DNA from: Rhodospirillaceae bacterium
Lineage (GTDB): Bacteria; Pseudomonadota; Alphaproteobacteria; Rhodospirillales; Rhodospirillaceae
NCBI GenBank assembly: GCA_050250575.1
Contig: JBFWOJ010000018.1
Span: 5,816-69,815 of the forward strand
Reading direction: 5' to 3'
DNA: 64,000 nucleotides
Shown here: piece after piece, positions 55,510-64,000 of the stretch
How the letters are laid out: every line of letters begins with the position of its first letter
Position numbering within the stretch: the first letter of the stretch is position 1
Program-made: the position numbers and the translations under genes
Notes under the pieces: model-generated
The model's input: the letters and a program-made list of their open reading frames with translations, nothing else
The model's database searches: none
What the model was told of the DNA's origin: nothing

Positions 55510-55707
55510 AACGTTTGCTCCGTTCTGGGCCGAGTACAGGCTACTTCGGCGTCAGACGGCAGACGATCAGGGAATCCCTGGGTCGAGGGTTGGACAATCG
55601 CTATCTCGATAGGCTGTCTGAAGGCGGGCCCGCTTCGGTGTCTTCGAAAGCGAGTTCTCCGATGAACAGGCGCATGGTGAAACCAATTCGTAATCACCGC
55701 CACGCCT

Positions 55708-56242
55708 TAAACTTGGCGCAAGGTTGCGTCAGCCGGAAGCGTTCCTATTTGAAGCAGCCGCGCCAGCGTGATGGCGAGCATGACTGCCGCCTGTTTTCCT
55801 ATGAACAACCCGGCGGCAACTCCCTGCGTAACAGGAGCCATGATCGTGCTCATGGAGAGACCGGCTATCGGCACGCCTGCGTTTACAAAGGCAAAGCAAT
55901 ATCGGTCGCCGTCGGGGTCGCCCAGCGGCGAGGTTACCGCCGGCTTGCAGATTCAAAATCACATAGATGGCGGCCGGGCCGGCCATGCCTCCGAGCACGG
56001 CGAAAATCGGTAACGCGGCCTGCCGGATACTGCTGAGTTCGCCCTCCAAGATTTCAGTGAATGACCGTTTTCGGAAGCACGAACTTGCCGACGGAGATGG
56101 CGATTGGTCCCGACAGAAGTCCGGAATAGGCCACTCCTAGCGGCGAATTCGCCAGAAGTAGTGCTGCTGCGGCGGCGCCGATCAGGACAAAGCCGGCCGC
56201 TGATTCGCGTTGAAGGAAGTCGCCGATGTCGGAGTTAGCCAA
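55708..56242 (-). pseudogene. nhaA: Na+/H+ antiporter NhaA remnant (frameshifts plus large internal deletion)
   Basis: NhaA-like segments appear in three different frames. They are FLQRESAAGFVLIGAAAAALLLANSP, LEGELSSIRQAALPIFAVLGGMAGPAAIY, GWATPTATDIA, and then directly FAFVNAGV...GLFIGKQ...LP. Confidence 0.65.
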
Positions 56243-56768
56243 GAGACCTCTTCGAATCTTTGTCTTCCTGCAACAACGACGCTGAAGGGTTTTCTACTGT
56301 TCTGTCGACGGCGCCGATATCAAGTACCGGCGATGCGTCCAGGAAAGCCGCATTCATCAGATGCGCCACGCGCTCCAGTGCCGAAAGAATATACGTCTGC
56401 TCCCAATCGGCAAGCCGGCTGAAGTTTTCTAGAAAAACCGCTTGAAGCAGTTTTGGTGCTTGGTCCAAAACGTCTTTACCTTGAGGCGAAAGCCTCACGA
56501 ACACTTGACGACGGTCCAACTTGCCCTTTTGGCGTTTCACCAAGTGACGCTCTTCGAGGCGGTCGACGATGACCGTGACGGTCGCTTGGCTCAGGTTCAC
56601 CTGTTTGGCGATCTCGCCGATGGAAAGCTCCCGATCGGGCTCGAGGAGCTGCAAGACCAGCAGTTGAGACGTGGTGAGCTCCGTCTCTCTGGCGAGATGC
56701 TTGGCGCTGAAGTCCGTCGCGCGAATTATTCGCCGCAGGGCGACCAACACTGCGTTTGCCGGCTCCAT
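56235..56768 (-). CDS. MarR-family transcriptional regulator
   Basis: The winged-helix region reads LTTSQLLVLQLL...SIGEIAKQVNLSQATVTVIVDRLEERHLVKRQ...DRRQV. Confidence 0.85.
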   Translation of the reverse strand: MEPANAVLVALRRIIRATDFSAKHLARETELTTSQLLVLQLLEPDRELSIGEIAKQVNLSQATVTVIVDRLEERHLVKRQKGKLDRRQVFVRLSPQGKDVLDQAPKLLQAVFLENFSRLADWEQTYILSALERVAHLMNAAFLDASPVLDIGAVDRTVENPSASLLQEDKDSKRSLG

Positions 56769-57125
56769 GATTCTTTCTCCAGGCTCGCAAGCAACGCTAT
56801 GGACAAGCTCAACTTAATTCAACGAGCGATCCTAAATACTTAGGGAAATTAAGAAATAAATCGCGGCTGGCAGATAGATCTTTGAAAATTCAAAGCGTTT
56901 TCGTTGACTCCAGCGTAGTGCTCCGATAATTTCCTTTTATCGTCAATGTATTTTTCTCGTTGGCCTGCCCGCGGTCGTCCTGTCTGACGCCGCTCCTCCT
57001 TCGCGCTCACCACTCGTGACCGCCGCCTCGAGAAGCTTCTATCCGCTCACCTCTTGCTGCTGAGCGGCTTATCGAGCGCCCGGTTGTCGGGCCCCAAAAT
57101 TGGGAAGCGTAAGGAGGTGCACAAA

Positions 57126-57428
57126 GTGCCCAAGCTCATAGGCATTTCCGCGGTTGTCGGATTCTTTCTCAGCCTTGCCTTTCTCACTGCAGTGTCCTTT
57201 TACGCCATCACGCTGCGCGCGGCTCTCATTAACTGCCGGCAGACGCAAACAACGCTCAGCAATCAAGTTGTTCGGTGCGAAAACCGGATACATGCGGTTA
57301 GTGCGCATGCCGAGCAACTCACCGTGCAGATCGCGCGGGAGAAGAGCAATGCTCGCGCTCTTGAATCAAGACTGGAAGCCGCCGGTGCGTTGCGACGCTG
57401 CGCGTCGCTGGGGCTCGGGCAGTCATGA
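57126..57428 (+). CDS. Small membrane-anchored coiled-coil protein (hypothetical), first gene of the mscS-otsAB operon
   Basis: AAGGAGG (57111-57117) lies 8 nt before the GTG at 57126. It has a TM helix (LIGISAVVGFFLSLAFLTAVSFYAI) followed by helical sequence. Its stop overlaps the mscS start (ATGA). Confidence 0.45.
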   Translation: MPKLIGISAVVGFFLSLAFLTAVSFYAITLRAALINCRQTQTTLSNQVVRCENRIHAVSAHAEQLTVQIAREKSNARALESRLEAAGALRRCASLGLGQS

Positions 57429-58564
57429 ACGAGGTAATCCGCGTCGTGGAATTGATTCCTGACTGGGCCGCCGGTGTCGGAATCTTCATTCTCGCCGTTG
57501 CAACCGCCGCTCTCGTCTACCTGACAATCGCCAGGGTGATCGCGTTAGCGACCAAACGGCGCGCCACATATCTACATTCCGTCTTTCATCGCGTGCGGCG
57601 GATCGTAGGTCTTGGTCTCATTCTGATAGCGATCAATCTCGCGGTCCAATTACCTTATTTTCCGGAGCGCGTCAGCGCATTGACGTCCAAGTTCCTCAGC
57701 GTCGCCGTTATTCTGCTTATCGGGTGGGCGGCAACGATCGCGGTGGACGTGGCCAGCAACCTCTATCTGCGTCAATACAAGAACGAAACAGCTGACAGCA
57801 TCCTAGCGCGAAAGCACTTCACGCAAATTCGCGTGCTTCGGCGCACTATCGACGTTCTCATCGGAATAGTGACGATCGCCGCCGCCTTGATGGCGTTCGA
57901 GCCGGTGAGACAGTTCGGCGTAAGCTTGTTCGCATCCGCGGGCGCTGCTGGGCTTGTCGTTGGACTAGCGGCACGCCCGGTCCTCTCTAATCTTATAGCC
58001 GGAATCCAGCTCGCAATTACCCAGCCTATCCGCCTAAACGATGCCGTGATCGTGGAAGGTGAATGGGGAACTATCGAGGAGATCACAAGCACCTATGTTG
58101 TGATCAAAGTCTGGGATTTGCGCAGGTTGATCGTGCCCTTATCCTATTTCATGGAAAAGCCTTTCCAGAATTGGACCCGAGAATCGACACAATTGGTGGG
58201 CGCTGTCTATCTTCGCGTCGACTATGCCGTTCCGGTTGATCGCATACGAGCGAAACTTCAGGAAATAGCCCAAGCGTCATCTCTATGGGACAAGCAAGTC
58301 GTCAATCTGCAAGTCACGGACATGAAGGACAACACGGTCGAACTGCGCATGCTGGTTAGCGCCGCGACCAGCGGCGACGCATGGAATCTTCGCTGCGAGG
58401 TGCGTGAAAAGATGCTGACCTTCCTTCAAAACGAATATCCCGACAGCCTTCCGCGGCAGCGCGTCGAACTTATGGACGCCGAATACCATCAACGAGGGCA
58501 GCGAGACGAAGATACCTTGGAGTGGCCGCGGTCCAAGATCCTGTTGCGCGGGAATGGAGCCTGA
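57425..58564 (+). CDS. mscS: Mechanosensitive ion channel, MscS family
   Basis: It has TM helices followed by GLAARPVLSNLIAGIQLAITQPIRLNDAVIVEGEWGTIEEITSTYVVIKVWD. Confidence 0.9.
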   Translation: MNEVIRVVELIPDWAAGVGIFILAVATAALVYLTIARVIALATKRRATYLHSVFHRVRRIVGLGLILIAINLAVQLPYFPERVSALTSKFLSVAVILLIGWAATIAVDVASNLYLRQYKNETADSILARKHFTQIRVLRRTIDVLIGIVTIAAALMAFEPVRQFGVSLFASAGAAGLVVGLAARPVLSNLIAGIQLAITQPIRLNDAVIVEGEWGTIEEITSTYVVIKVWDLRRLIVPLSYFMEKPFQNWTRESTQLVGAVYLRVDYAVPVDRIRAKLQEIAQASSLWDKQVVNLQVTDMKDNTVELRMLVSAATSGDAWNLRCEVREKMLTFLQNEYPDSLPRQRVELMDAEYHQRGQRDEDTLEWPRSKILLRGNGA

Positions 58565-58570
58565 CCACAT

Positions 58571-60796
58571 ATGCGTTTCATTGTGCGTTTTGCTCTTCCG
58601 CTTCTCGTCGCGCTTGCCGCCCTCTCTGCTGCGCTGACGCCGATCGCCGACAATCTGATCAGCCAATGGTTCCAGAGGGATCTGCAGTTGCGGTCTCGGC
58701 TTATCTTCAATGCGATTGAGCCGTCCCTCCGTCATCTTCTCAATACCGAGGATACTGACCAAATCGCGAGGCTCTTTAACGCTATCGCAGAGGATGAGCG
58801 CGTCTTGGCGATAGCATGGTGCGGCAACAATGAGGCTCGTCGTGTTTTTAGCAGAGCTTGGCCCGAGAGCATCGCATGCCCCGCCCGCGACGACGCCCCT
58901 ACCTCAAGATCCATCAAAAATGGGTCTGGGACTGTTCTTTCCGCAACGTTTCGCATGGGCGAAGACACTGAGCCGCTTGGCAAGCTCGTCGTTCTGCATG
59001 ATTTGAGCTTTGTAGAGAGCCGGACAGATACCGCCGGATTGTACCTGATGGGCTTCCTGGGGCTCGTCAGCTTGGTCGCAGCGGTCATCACGATGATCAC
59101 GGCTAGGTTGACACTTCGCGGTTGGCTTAAGAGCGTTCGCCACCTTGTGTTCGCGGGCCCGGCGGAGGAGTCACACGACCCGGCGATCGCGCCGATGGTC
59201 AGAGAGATCCGTCAGCTGATCCGCGAATTAGATTACTCGAGTCCCGGCTCTACTCATATACGGGTGGATTGGTCTCCCGAAGCGCTTCGCAGGGTCATCG
59301 CCACGGAGCTGACCGGAGGCCAAGTGATAGTGGTGTCGAACCGCGAGCCCTACATCCATAATAAGGGCGCGGACGGCCGCGTCTCGCTTCAACGGCCGGC
59401 CAGCGGAATGGTGACTGCTCTTGAACCTGTTATGCGCGCATGCGGCGGGACGTGGATAGCCCATGGCAGCGGCAGCGCCGACCGGGATGTCTCCGACAGC
59501 AATGATCGCGTAGCCGTTCCGCCGCATGATCCTTCTTACACGCTGCGGCGTGTGTGGCTCAGCGAGGAGGAGCAGGACGGCTATTACTACGGATTGGCTA
59601 ATGAAGGATTATGGCCGCTGTGCCACATCACGTTTGTTCGGCCCATTTTTAGAGAGCCCGATTGGGAATACTATCATGCGGTAAATAAAAAATTCGCTGA
59701 CGCTGTAGTGGCGGAGGCAGCGCGGCCCGACCCCATTGTCCTCGTTCAGGACTATCATTTTGCGCTGCTGCCCCGGATGATCAAGGAGCGATTGCCGCGC
59801 GCAACGATTATTACCTTTTGGCACATACCATGGCCAAATGCTGAGCTTTTCGGGATCTGTCCCTGGCGGGAGGCCATCATCGATGGTCTCCTCGGCAGTT
59901 CCGTTATCGGCTTTCACACCCAGCTACACTGCAACAACTTTATCGAAGCAGCCGACCGATTCATCGAATGTCACATTGACCGCGAGGATTCCTCGGTGTC
60001 GGTGTCGGGAAAGGCGGCGTATATCCGTCCTTACCCAATATCAATAGCGTGGCCTCCAGAATCCATGGAAGGACAGGCGTCCGTTGCCACGTGTCGCGAG
60101 CGTATTATCGCGGAATACGGATTACCTGCCCAAGTGCAACTGCTCGTCGGCGTCGAGCGCTTCGATTTCACTAAAGGAATCCCCGACCGGTTCCGGGCGG
60201 TCGAGATTCTACTAGAGAGGCACCCGGAACTCATCGGCAAATTCGTGCTGCTGCAGGTCGCCGCCCCTACGCGAAGCAAGCTTGCGGCTTATGCGGAAAT
60301 CCAGCGTGAAGCCATTAAGGTCGCCGCGGATGTCAATCAGCGATTTGGAACTCATGGATACCAGCCGATCATTCTTGTCGCCCGTCACTACGAACCGGAG
60401 CAAGTTTTCGAGCTCTATCGTGCCGCCGATGCATGTATCGTGAGTAGTCTTCATGACGGCATGAACCTTGTCGCTAAGGAGTTTGTCGCGGCGCGGGACG
60501 ACAATCGCGGCGTACTCATTCTCAGCAGCTTCGCCGGCGCGTCGCGCGAGCTCATGGAAGCACTCATCGTAAATCCATTCGACGCGCGTGTCTCAGCGGA
60601 AGCCATATACCGAGCCATGCAAATGCCGGTGGGGGAGCAGGAACACCGTATGCAGCTGATGCGTCAAATGGTTAGCGAAAATAACATTTACTATTGGGCC
60701 GGACGCATGCTGCTGGATGCCGCCAGGATTCGGAAGCGCCAACAATTAGAGTCCACCATCGCGAGTGCCGGAAATGGAGTGCGTCTCAGTGCTTGA
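58571..60796 (+). CDS. otsA: Trehalose-6-phosphate synthase (GT20) fused to an N-terminal two-TM sensor-like domain
   Basis: The GT20 core runs from VIVVSNREPY (about aa 255) and includes LWPLCH, VQDYHF, FWHIPWP, GVERFDFTKGI and LHDGMNLVAKEF. The N-terminal ~250 aa carry TM1 (aa 5-25) and TM2 (about aa 155-178). Confidence 0.9.
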   Translation: MRFIVRFALPLLVALAALSAALTPIADNLISQWFQRDLQLRSRLIFNAIEPSLRHLLNTEDTDQIARLFNAIAEDERVLAIAWCGNNEARRVFSRAWPESIACPARDDAPTSRSIKNGSGTVLSATFRMGEDTEPLGKLVVLHDLSFVESRTDTAGLYLMGFLGLVSLVAAVITMITARLTLRGWLKSVRHLVFAGPAEESHDPAIAPMVREIRQLIRELDYSSPGSTHIRVDWSPEALRRVIATELTGGQVIVVSNREPYIHNKGADGRVSLQRPASGMVTALEPVMRACGGTWIAHGSGSADRDVSDSNDRVAVPPHDPSYTLRRVWLSEEEQDGYYYGLANEGLWPLCHITFVRPIFREPDWEYYHAVNKKFADAVVAEAARPDPIVLVQDYHFALLPRMIKERLPRATIITFWHIPWPNAELFGICPWREAIIDGLLGSSVIGFHTQLHCNNFIEAADRFIECHIDREDSSVSVSGKAAYIRPYPISIAWPPESMEGQASVATCRERIIAEYGLPAQVQLLVGVERFDFTKGIPDRFRAVEILLERHPELIGKFVLLQVAAPTRSKLAAYAEIQREAIKVAADVNQRFGTHGYQPIILVARHYEPEQVFELYRAADACIVSSLHDGMNLVAKEFVAARDDNRGVLILSSFAGASRELMEALIVNPFDARVSAEAIYRAMQMPVGEQEHRMQLMRQMVSENNIYYWAGRMLLDAARIRKRQQLESTIASAGNGVRLSA

Positions 60797-61586
60797 GAAG
60801 ATTCCACTGCCTCAACCGCATCTCCGGCCGTGGGCGCTGTTCCTCGACGTCGATGGAACGCTTCTGGAACTCGTCGATCATCCGGACAAGGTTCGCGTAC
60901 CCGAAGAGCTCCCGGGGCTGCTTGGCCAACTGCGAAATTTGCTCGGCGGAGCCACCGCGTTGGTGAGTGGACGTAGCTTGCAGACCCTGGACACGCTATT
61001 TGGCCTGAGGGCGTTTGACGCCGCCGGATGCCACGGGGCCGAGTTTCGATTGAACGGTAAGGAAGCGCCTCCTGCGGCGGATCAAACATTGGTCGCACGG
61101 ATCGCGCGCCGCTTGATCGAAGAAACGTTTGGCCTGAAAAATATTTTCGTCGAAATCAAACCACAGTCCGTAGCGCTGCACTTCCGTATCTCTTCCGTTG
61201 ATCCCGCCGAAGCGCTATTGGCGATGGAGCGCGGTTTGGCGGTTGCTCCCGGCGAATTTCGAATACTTAGAGGAAAGAACGTTTTCGAAGCCGTCGGGTG
61301 TCATACCGGTAAGGATATCGCGGTGGCGCGATTCCTTCTGGAGGAGCCCTACTTTAATCGAACGCCGGTTTTCATCGGTGACGACGTCTCCGATGAGGCG
61401 GCGTTTGCGGAAGTTAATCGCCGCGGCGGGCTTTCAATTCGTGTCGGGGAGCGAGCTGATTCTGTGGCGCAATACTGCATTGCGGATGTCAAGACGACTT
61501 CAATGTGGCTTCGCGACTGGCTGCTTCCGCGGCTCTGCCAGATGCCACCCATTGCACCTCAGCGACACTATCTTCAAATGGTATAA
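60765..61586 (+). CDS. otsB: Trehalose-6-phosphate phosphatase (HAD)
   Basis: The motifs are FLDVDGTLL, VSGRS, GKD and IGDDVSDE. It overlaps the otsA 3' end. The start could be 60765 or 60774. Confidence 0.85.
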   Translation: MPEMECVSVLEKIPLPQPHLRPWALFLDVDGTLLELVDHPDKVRVPEELPGLLGQLRNLLGGATALVSGRSLQTLDTLFGLRAFDAAGCHGAEFRLNGKEAPPAADQTLVARIARRLIEETFGLKNIFVEIKPQSVALHFRISSVDPAEALLAMERGLAVAPGEFRILRGKNVFEAVGCHTGKDIAVARFLLEEPYFNRTPVFIGDDVSDEAAFAEVNRRGGLSIRVGERADSVAQYCIADVKTTSMWLRDWLLPRLCQMPPIAPQRHYLQMV

Positions 61587-61600
61587 GTTGGCTACATGCC

Positions 61601-61969
61601 GTGATTCCGCGGCACATTCGACAATTTCTTGCGACTACGATTTCGTCTACCTGGGCGCTTGATTTGATGTGCCTGTTGAAGTCCACCGCACCGCGCGTTT
61701 GGTCGGTGCCCGAGCTGACAGCCGAATTACGCGCTTCCGTGCCGCTCGTCGAAGAGATCCTCGACACGCTCGGTCGGAGGGGCATTGCTGCCAGGTCAGG
61801 GTCCGACGGCTACCGCTACGATTGCAAAGATCCTCGCACAGATAAAATCGTCTATGAAATTGTGCGGATTTATAAGGAGACGCCGGTGGCCTTGATTAAG
61901 GAGGTAATTAGGGCTCCCAATCAAAAGATCCATACGTTCGTCGATGCATTCCGATTGAAGAAGGATTGA
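61601..61969 (+). CDS. Small hypothetical protein, possibly winged-helix
   Basis: The sequence is WSVPELTAELRASVPLVEEILDTLGRRGIAAR. The start is inferred at GTG 61601 (the track ORF opens at 61505, inside otsB). It is tightly linked to the next gene. Confidence 0.4.
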   Translation: MIPRHIRQFLATTISSTWALDLMCLLKSTAPRVWSVPELTAELRASVPLVEEILDTLGRRGIAARSGSDGYRYDCKDPRTDKIVYEIVRIYKETPVALIKEVIRAPNQKIHTFVDAFRLKKD

Positions 61970-61971
61970 AG

Positions 61972-62232
61972 ATGCTGCAGCCGAGCGTCTATCTCTTATG
62001 CATGATCGCGAGCCTTGTGTGTCTATTTCTACTGACGCGGGGCTATTTGCGGACAGGGGTGAGATTTCTATTCTGGAGTGCGCTTTGTTTCGTTGGTTAT
62101 GCGGTGAACAACCTGTTTCTTTTCTTGGATGTAGTCCTCTTTCCCGACGTAAATTTGTTAATAGCCAGAAATGTGGCGACTCTTTTTGCAATTACCGTCC
62201 TGTTTTACGGACTGATCTGGGAGAGCGACTAG
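61972..62232 (+). CDS. Small 3-TM membrane protein
   Basis: It is 86 aa with three hydrophobic segments. AAGGA lies 6 nt upstream of the ATG at 61972. Confidence 0.5.
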   Translation: MLQPSVYLLCMIASLVCLFLLTRGYLRTGVRFLFWSALCFVGYAVNNLFLFLDVVLFPDVNLLIARNVATLFAITVLFYGLIWESD

Positions 62233-62244
62233 AGGAGGATGCTT

Positions 62245-62508
62245 ATGCAATCGGCGATTTACGGAGCTTTTGCGGCAAGTCACCTTATTGCTGCAGCTTT
62301 TTTCCTCAGGTTTTGGTCACGGACCAAGGCGCCGATGCTGATGTTTTGCAGCATCGCATTTTTGTTGCTCGGGGTGAGTTATGGCCTCCTGTGTTTCACT
62401 AATCTCAGTTTAATAGAACCGAGCGGTGTTTATCTCGTTCGCCTGATTTCCTTTATGGTGATCATCACCGGAATCGCGTGGACAAACATACATCGTTCGT
62501 CGAACTAA
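62245..62508 (+). CDS. Small 3-TM membrane protein, tandem paralogue-like
   Basis: It is 87 aa with three hydrophobic segments. AGAGGAGG lies 6 nt upstream of the ATG at 62245. Size and topology match the preceding gene. Confidence 0.5.
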   Translation: MQSAIYGAFAASHLIAAAFFLRFWSRTKAPMLMFCSIAFLLLGVSYGLLCFTNLSLIEPSGVYLVRLISFMVIITGIAWTNIHRSSN

Positions 62509-63096
62509 GAGCCCCAGCCATTCCCGCAAAAATACCTATCGTGCTTCGCCACACTAGCAATGAGGAATAATGTTTCTCACCGTGCTGGTGCTGGCAAGGC
62601 CACACCTCCAATGGTACTGCGAATTAGTTCGCGAATGAGACCTCTTACGTGCCTTGGTTGTCTTTGCGCAGCTCGCAGCAGGAACGGTGCGCACACGTTA
62701 GCTGCTCTATTTGCGTTATGGATGCGGACTCCCGTAAGAGAGTCCCGTCTTACGGACACTTTGACATCAAGCAAAGGTGGGTCTGTCCCCAAGAGGCGCG
62801 GCGTTGGAACGGCGACAGTCGAGGTTTGATCCCCGCTCGACTGCGCCGTTCGACGTCTCGGTTGCATGCACTGTCCGCGTGACATGCGTGACTGCAGGAG
62901 TGACGACCAGAAGCAACGGCAGCTGGCATTTATAGCGGTCCTGCTCGCAAACACCTGTAATTCTCCTGTTTTCTTCACCGAGCGCGCTGAATGGGATAGG
63001 GATCTCCTTATGGGGGGCCACCTGTCTTCGCGCTAAGCTCAACACACGGAGCCGTACCGGTCGGCCTTACGGCGCCGGGCAAACGGATTTCTTCAG

Positions 63097-64000
63097 GTGA
63101 AAACCAGCGTTCTTCCGTCCGAACCCTTCGGACCGCACCTCTCTTCAGTCACATCGAACCGGCTTGCCACCTCCTTGCTGTTCCTCGCGCTTATTGCGCT
63201 CGACCGACTATCAACTCTCACGCCAATTCATCTTCAGCCCGTTGCCCCCTGGAATCCACTCGTCGGCATTTGCGTCGCGATAGCCGTCGCCGATCGACGA
63301 CGTGGCGTTTTGCTTGCGTTTACCGCCGCTATGCTCAGTGGGCTGGTCGCCAGTCATACTCCTATCTCGATGATGCTCGCGGCGCTCAATGGTTTGGTAG
63401 CTTCCGCACTGACCGGCGGGATTTCTACATTGGCGCGCCGCGTCAGCCGAAGATCGTCGCACTATCTGGTGAAAAACAGAGTCGTCAGTGTAATGCTGGT
63501 ATCACCATTCATAGTTGCCCTCGTCGGCATCCCTTTTACTGGAGCGCTGGCAATTTTGCGGATCATTGCCGCTGACGAGATGGCCATACATTTGATGCGC
63601 TTTTGGGTGGGAGTAGTGGTCGCTATCGTGATTTTCGTCCCACTCCTTACCATGTACTGGGTTCCGGGCCCGAGAGAGCCGCTGACGTTCGTTCGCACTT
63701 TCGAGGCATTAGCTCAGGCCGCGGTAGTTATTGCAGCCGTCTGGCTTGGGTTCGGCGAAAACCCTCAGACGGCAAGCCGTTACCTGTTCGTTGTCTTCCT
63801 GCCAATGATATGGATTGTGCTTCGCTTTGGTGTACGTGGCGCGATAGCGATGAATGCGCTCGTGCAGACGGGCATGATAACCTCCCTACTGCTCGCGGAA
63901 CACGAAGACGTAAATGCTACGCTTTTCCAGGCGCTGGTGCTGGTGCTATCAGCCTCGGGTATTTTATTTGGTCTCGCTGTCGATCAAAGCAAGTCCGTAT
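63097..64000 (+). CDS. MASE1-domain membrane sensor protein, 5' part (continues beyond the window)
   Basis: The frame is open from the stop at 63034 to the window end, and the first start codon is GTG 63097. It has multiple TM segments and LFVVFLPMIWIVLRFGVRGA, typical of MASE1. It is absent from the ORF track because no stop falls in the window. Confidence 0.65.
   Translation, partial: MKTSVLPSEPFGPHLSSVTSNRLATSLLFLALIALDRLSTLTPIHLQPVAPWNPLVGICVAIAVADRRRGVLLAFTAAMLSGLVASHTPISMMLAALNGLVASALTGGISTLARRVSRRSSHYLVKNRVVSVMLVSPFIVALVGIPFTGALAILRIIAADEMAIHLMRFWVGVVVAIVIFVPLLTMYWVPGPREPLTFVRTFEALAQAAVVIAAVWLGFGENPQTASRYLFVVFLPMIWIVLRFGVRGAIAMNALVQTGMITSLLLAEHEDVNATLFQALVLVLSASGILFGLAVDQSKSV

Noticed and set aside
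62509-63096. ORFs of 133 aa (-), 89 aa (+) and 92 aa (-) in the gap before the MASE1 gene.
   Set aside because: They overlap one another, have no RBS or motif, and their composition is unlike neighbouring genes. I treat the region as non-coding or regulatory.
1-64000. A search by eye for CRISPR arrays, rRNA genes, additional tRNAs and prophage structural modules.
   Set aside because: - I saw no regularly spaced 25-40-bp repeats.
- I saw no rRNA-like conserved stretches.
- The only cloverleaf-compatible sequence is the tRNA-Phe.
- A covariance-model scan (tRNAscan/Infernal) would be needed to exclude small ncRNAs.

Overview
This is a high-GC chromosomal segment that looks alphaproteobacterial (Hyphomicrobiales-like gene content). 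That placement is inferred from gene families only. The window has three parts.

(1) 1-35.5 kb is a densely packed core region. It contains xseA (partial), two tandem M23 peptidases, lpxK with a DUF374 gene, and a lipid-remodelling trio. It also carries pmbA, ubiD, ubiA, rsmE, plant-type gshA, pfk and an ornithine decarboxylase plus deoxyhypusine-synthase-like pair. The remaining genes are an AmpC-like gene, a PadR-DUF1700-DUF2807 operon, panE, an RNase E/G-like gene and yacG.

(2) tRNA-Phe(GAA) lies at 35509-35584 and is followed by a ~17.3 kb integrase island. The island is bounded by a perfect 17-bp direct repeat of the tRNA 3' end (35570-35586 and 52903-52919). Its only cargo is a tightly coupled four-gene operon. 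The four products are a ~2470-aa protein, a ~1650-aa protein, a 262-aa YkuD (L,D-transpeptidase)-fold protein and a 578-aa S8 subtilase. I cannot place either giant protein in any family I know. This operon is my candidate for the undescribed system.

(3) 52.9-64 kb is a visibly more AT-rich accessory tract that is partly decayed. It holds an IS transposase remnant, an otsB pseudogene and an nhaA pseudogene. It also holds an intact osmoadaptation operon (small membrane/coiled-coil gene, mscS, an N-terminally extended otsA, otsB), a MarR gene, two tandem small membrane proteins and the 5' part of a MASE1 sensor gene.

No rRNA, CRISPR array or prophage structural genes were seen. All calls come from reading the translated ORFs and the DNA by eye. 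No database search was run.
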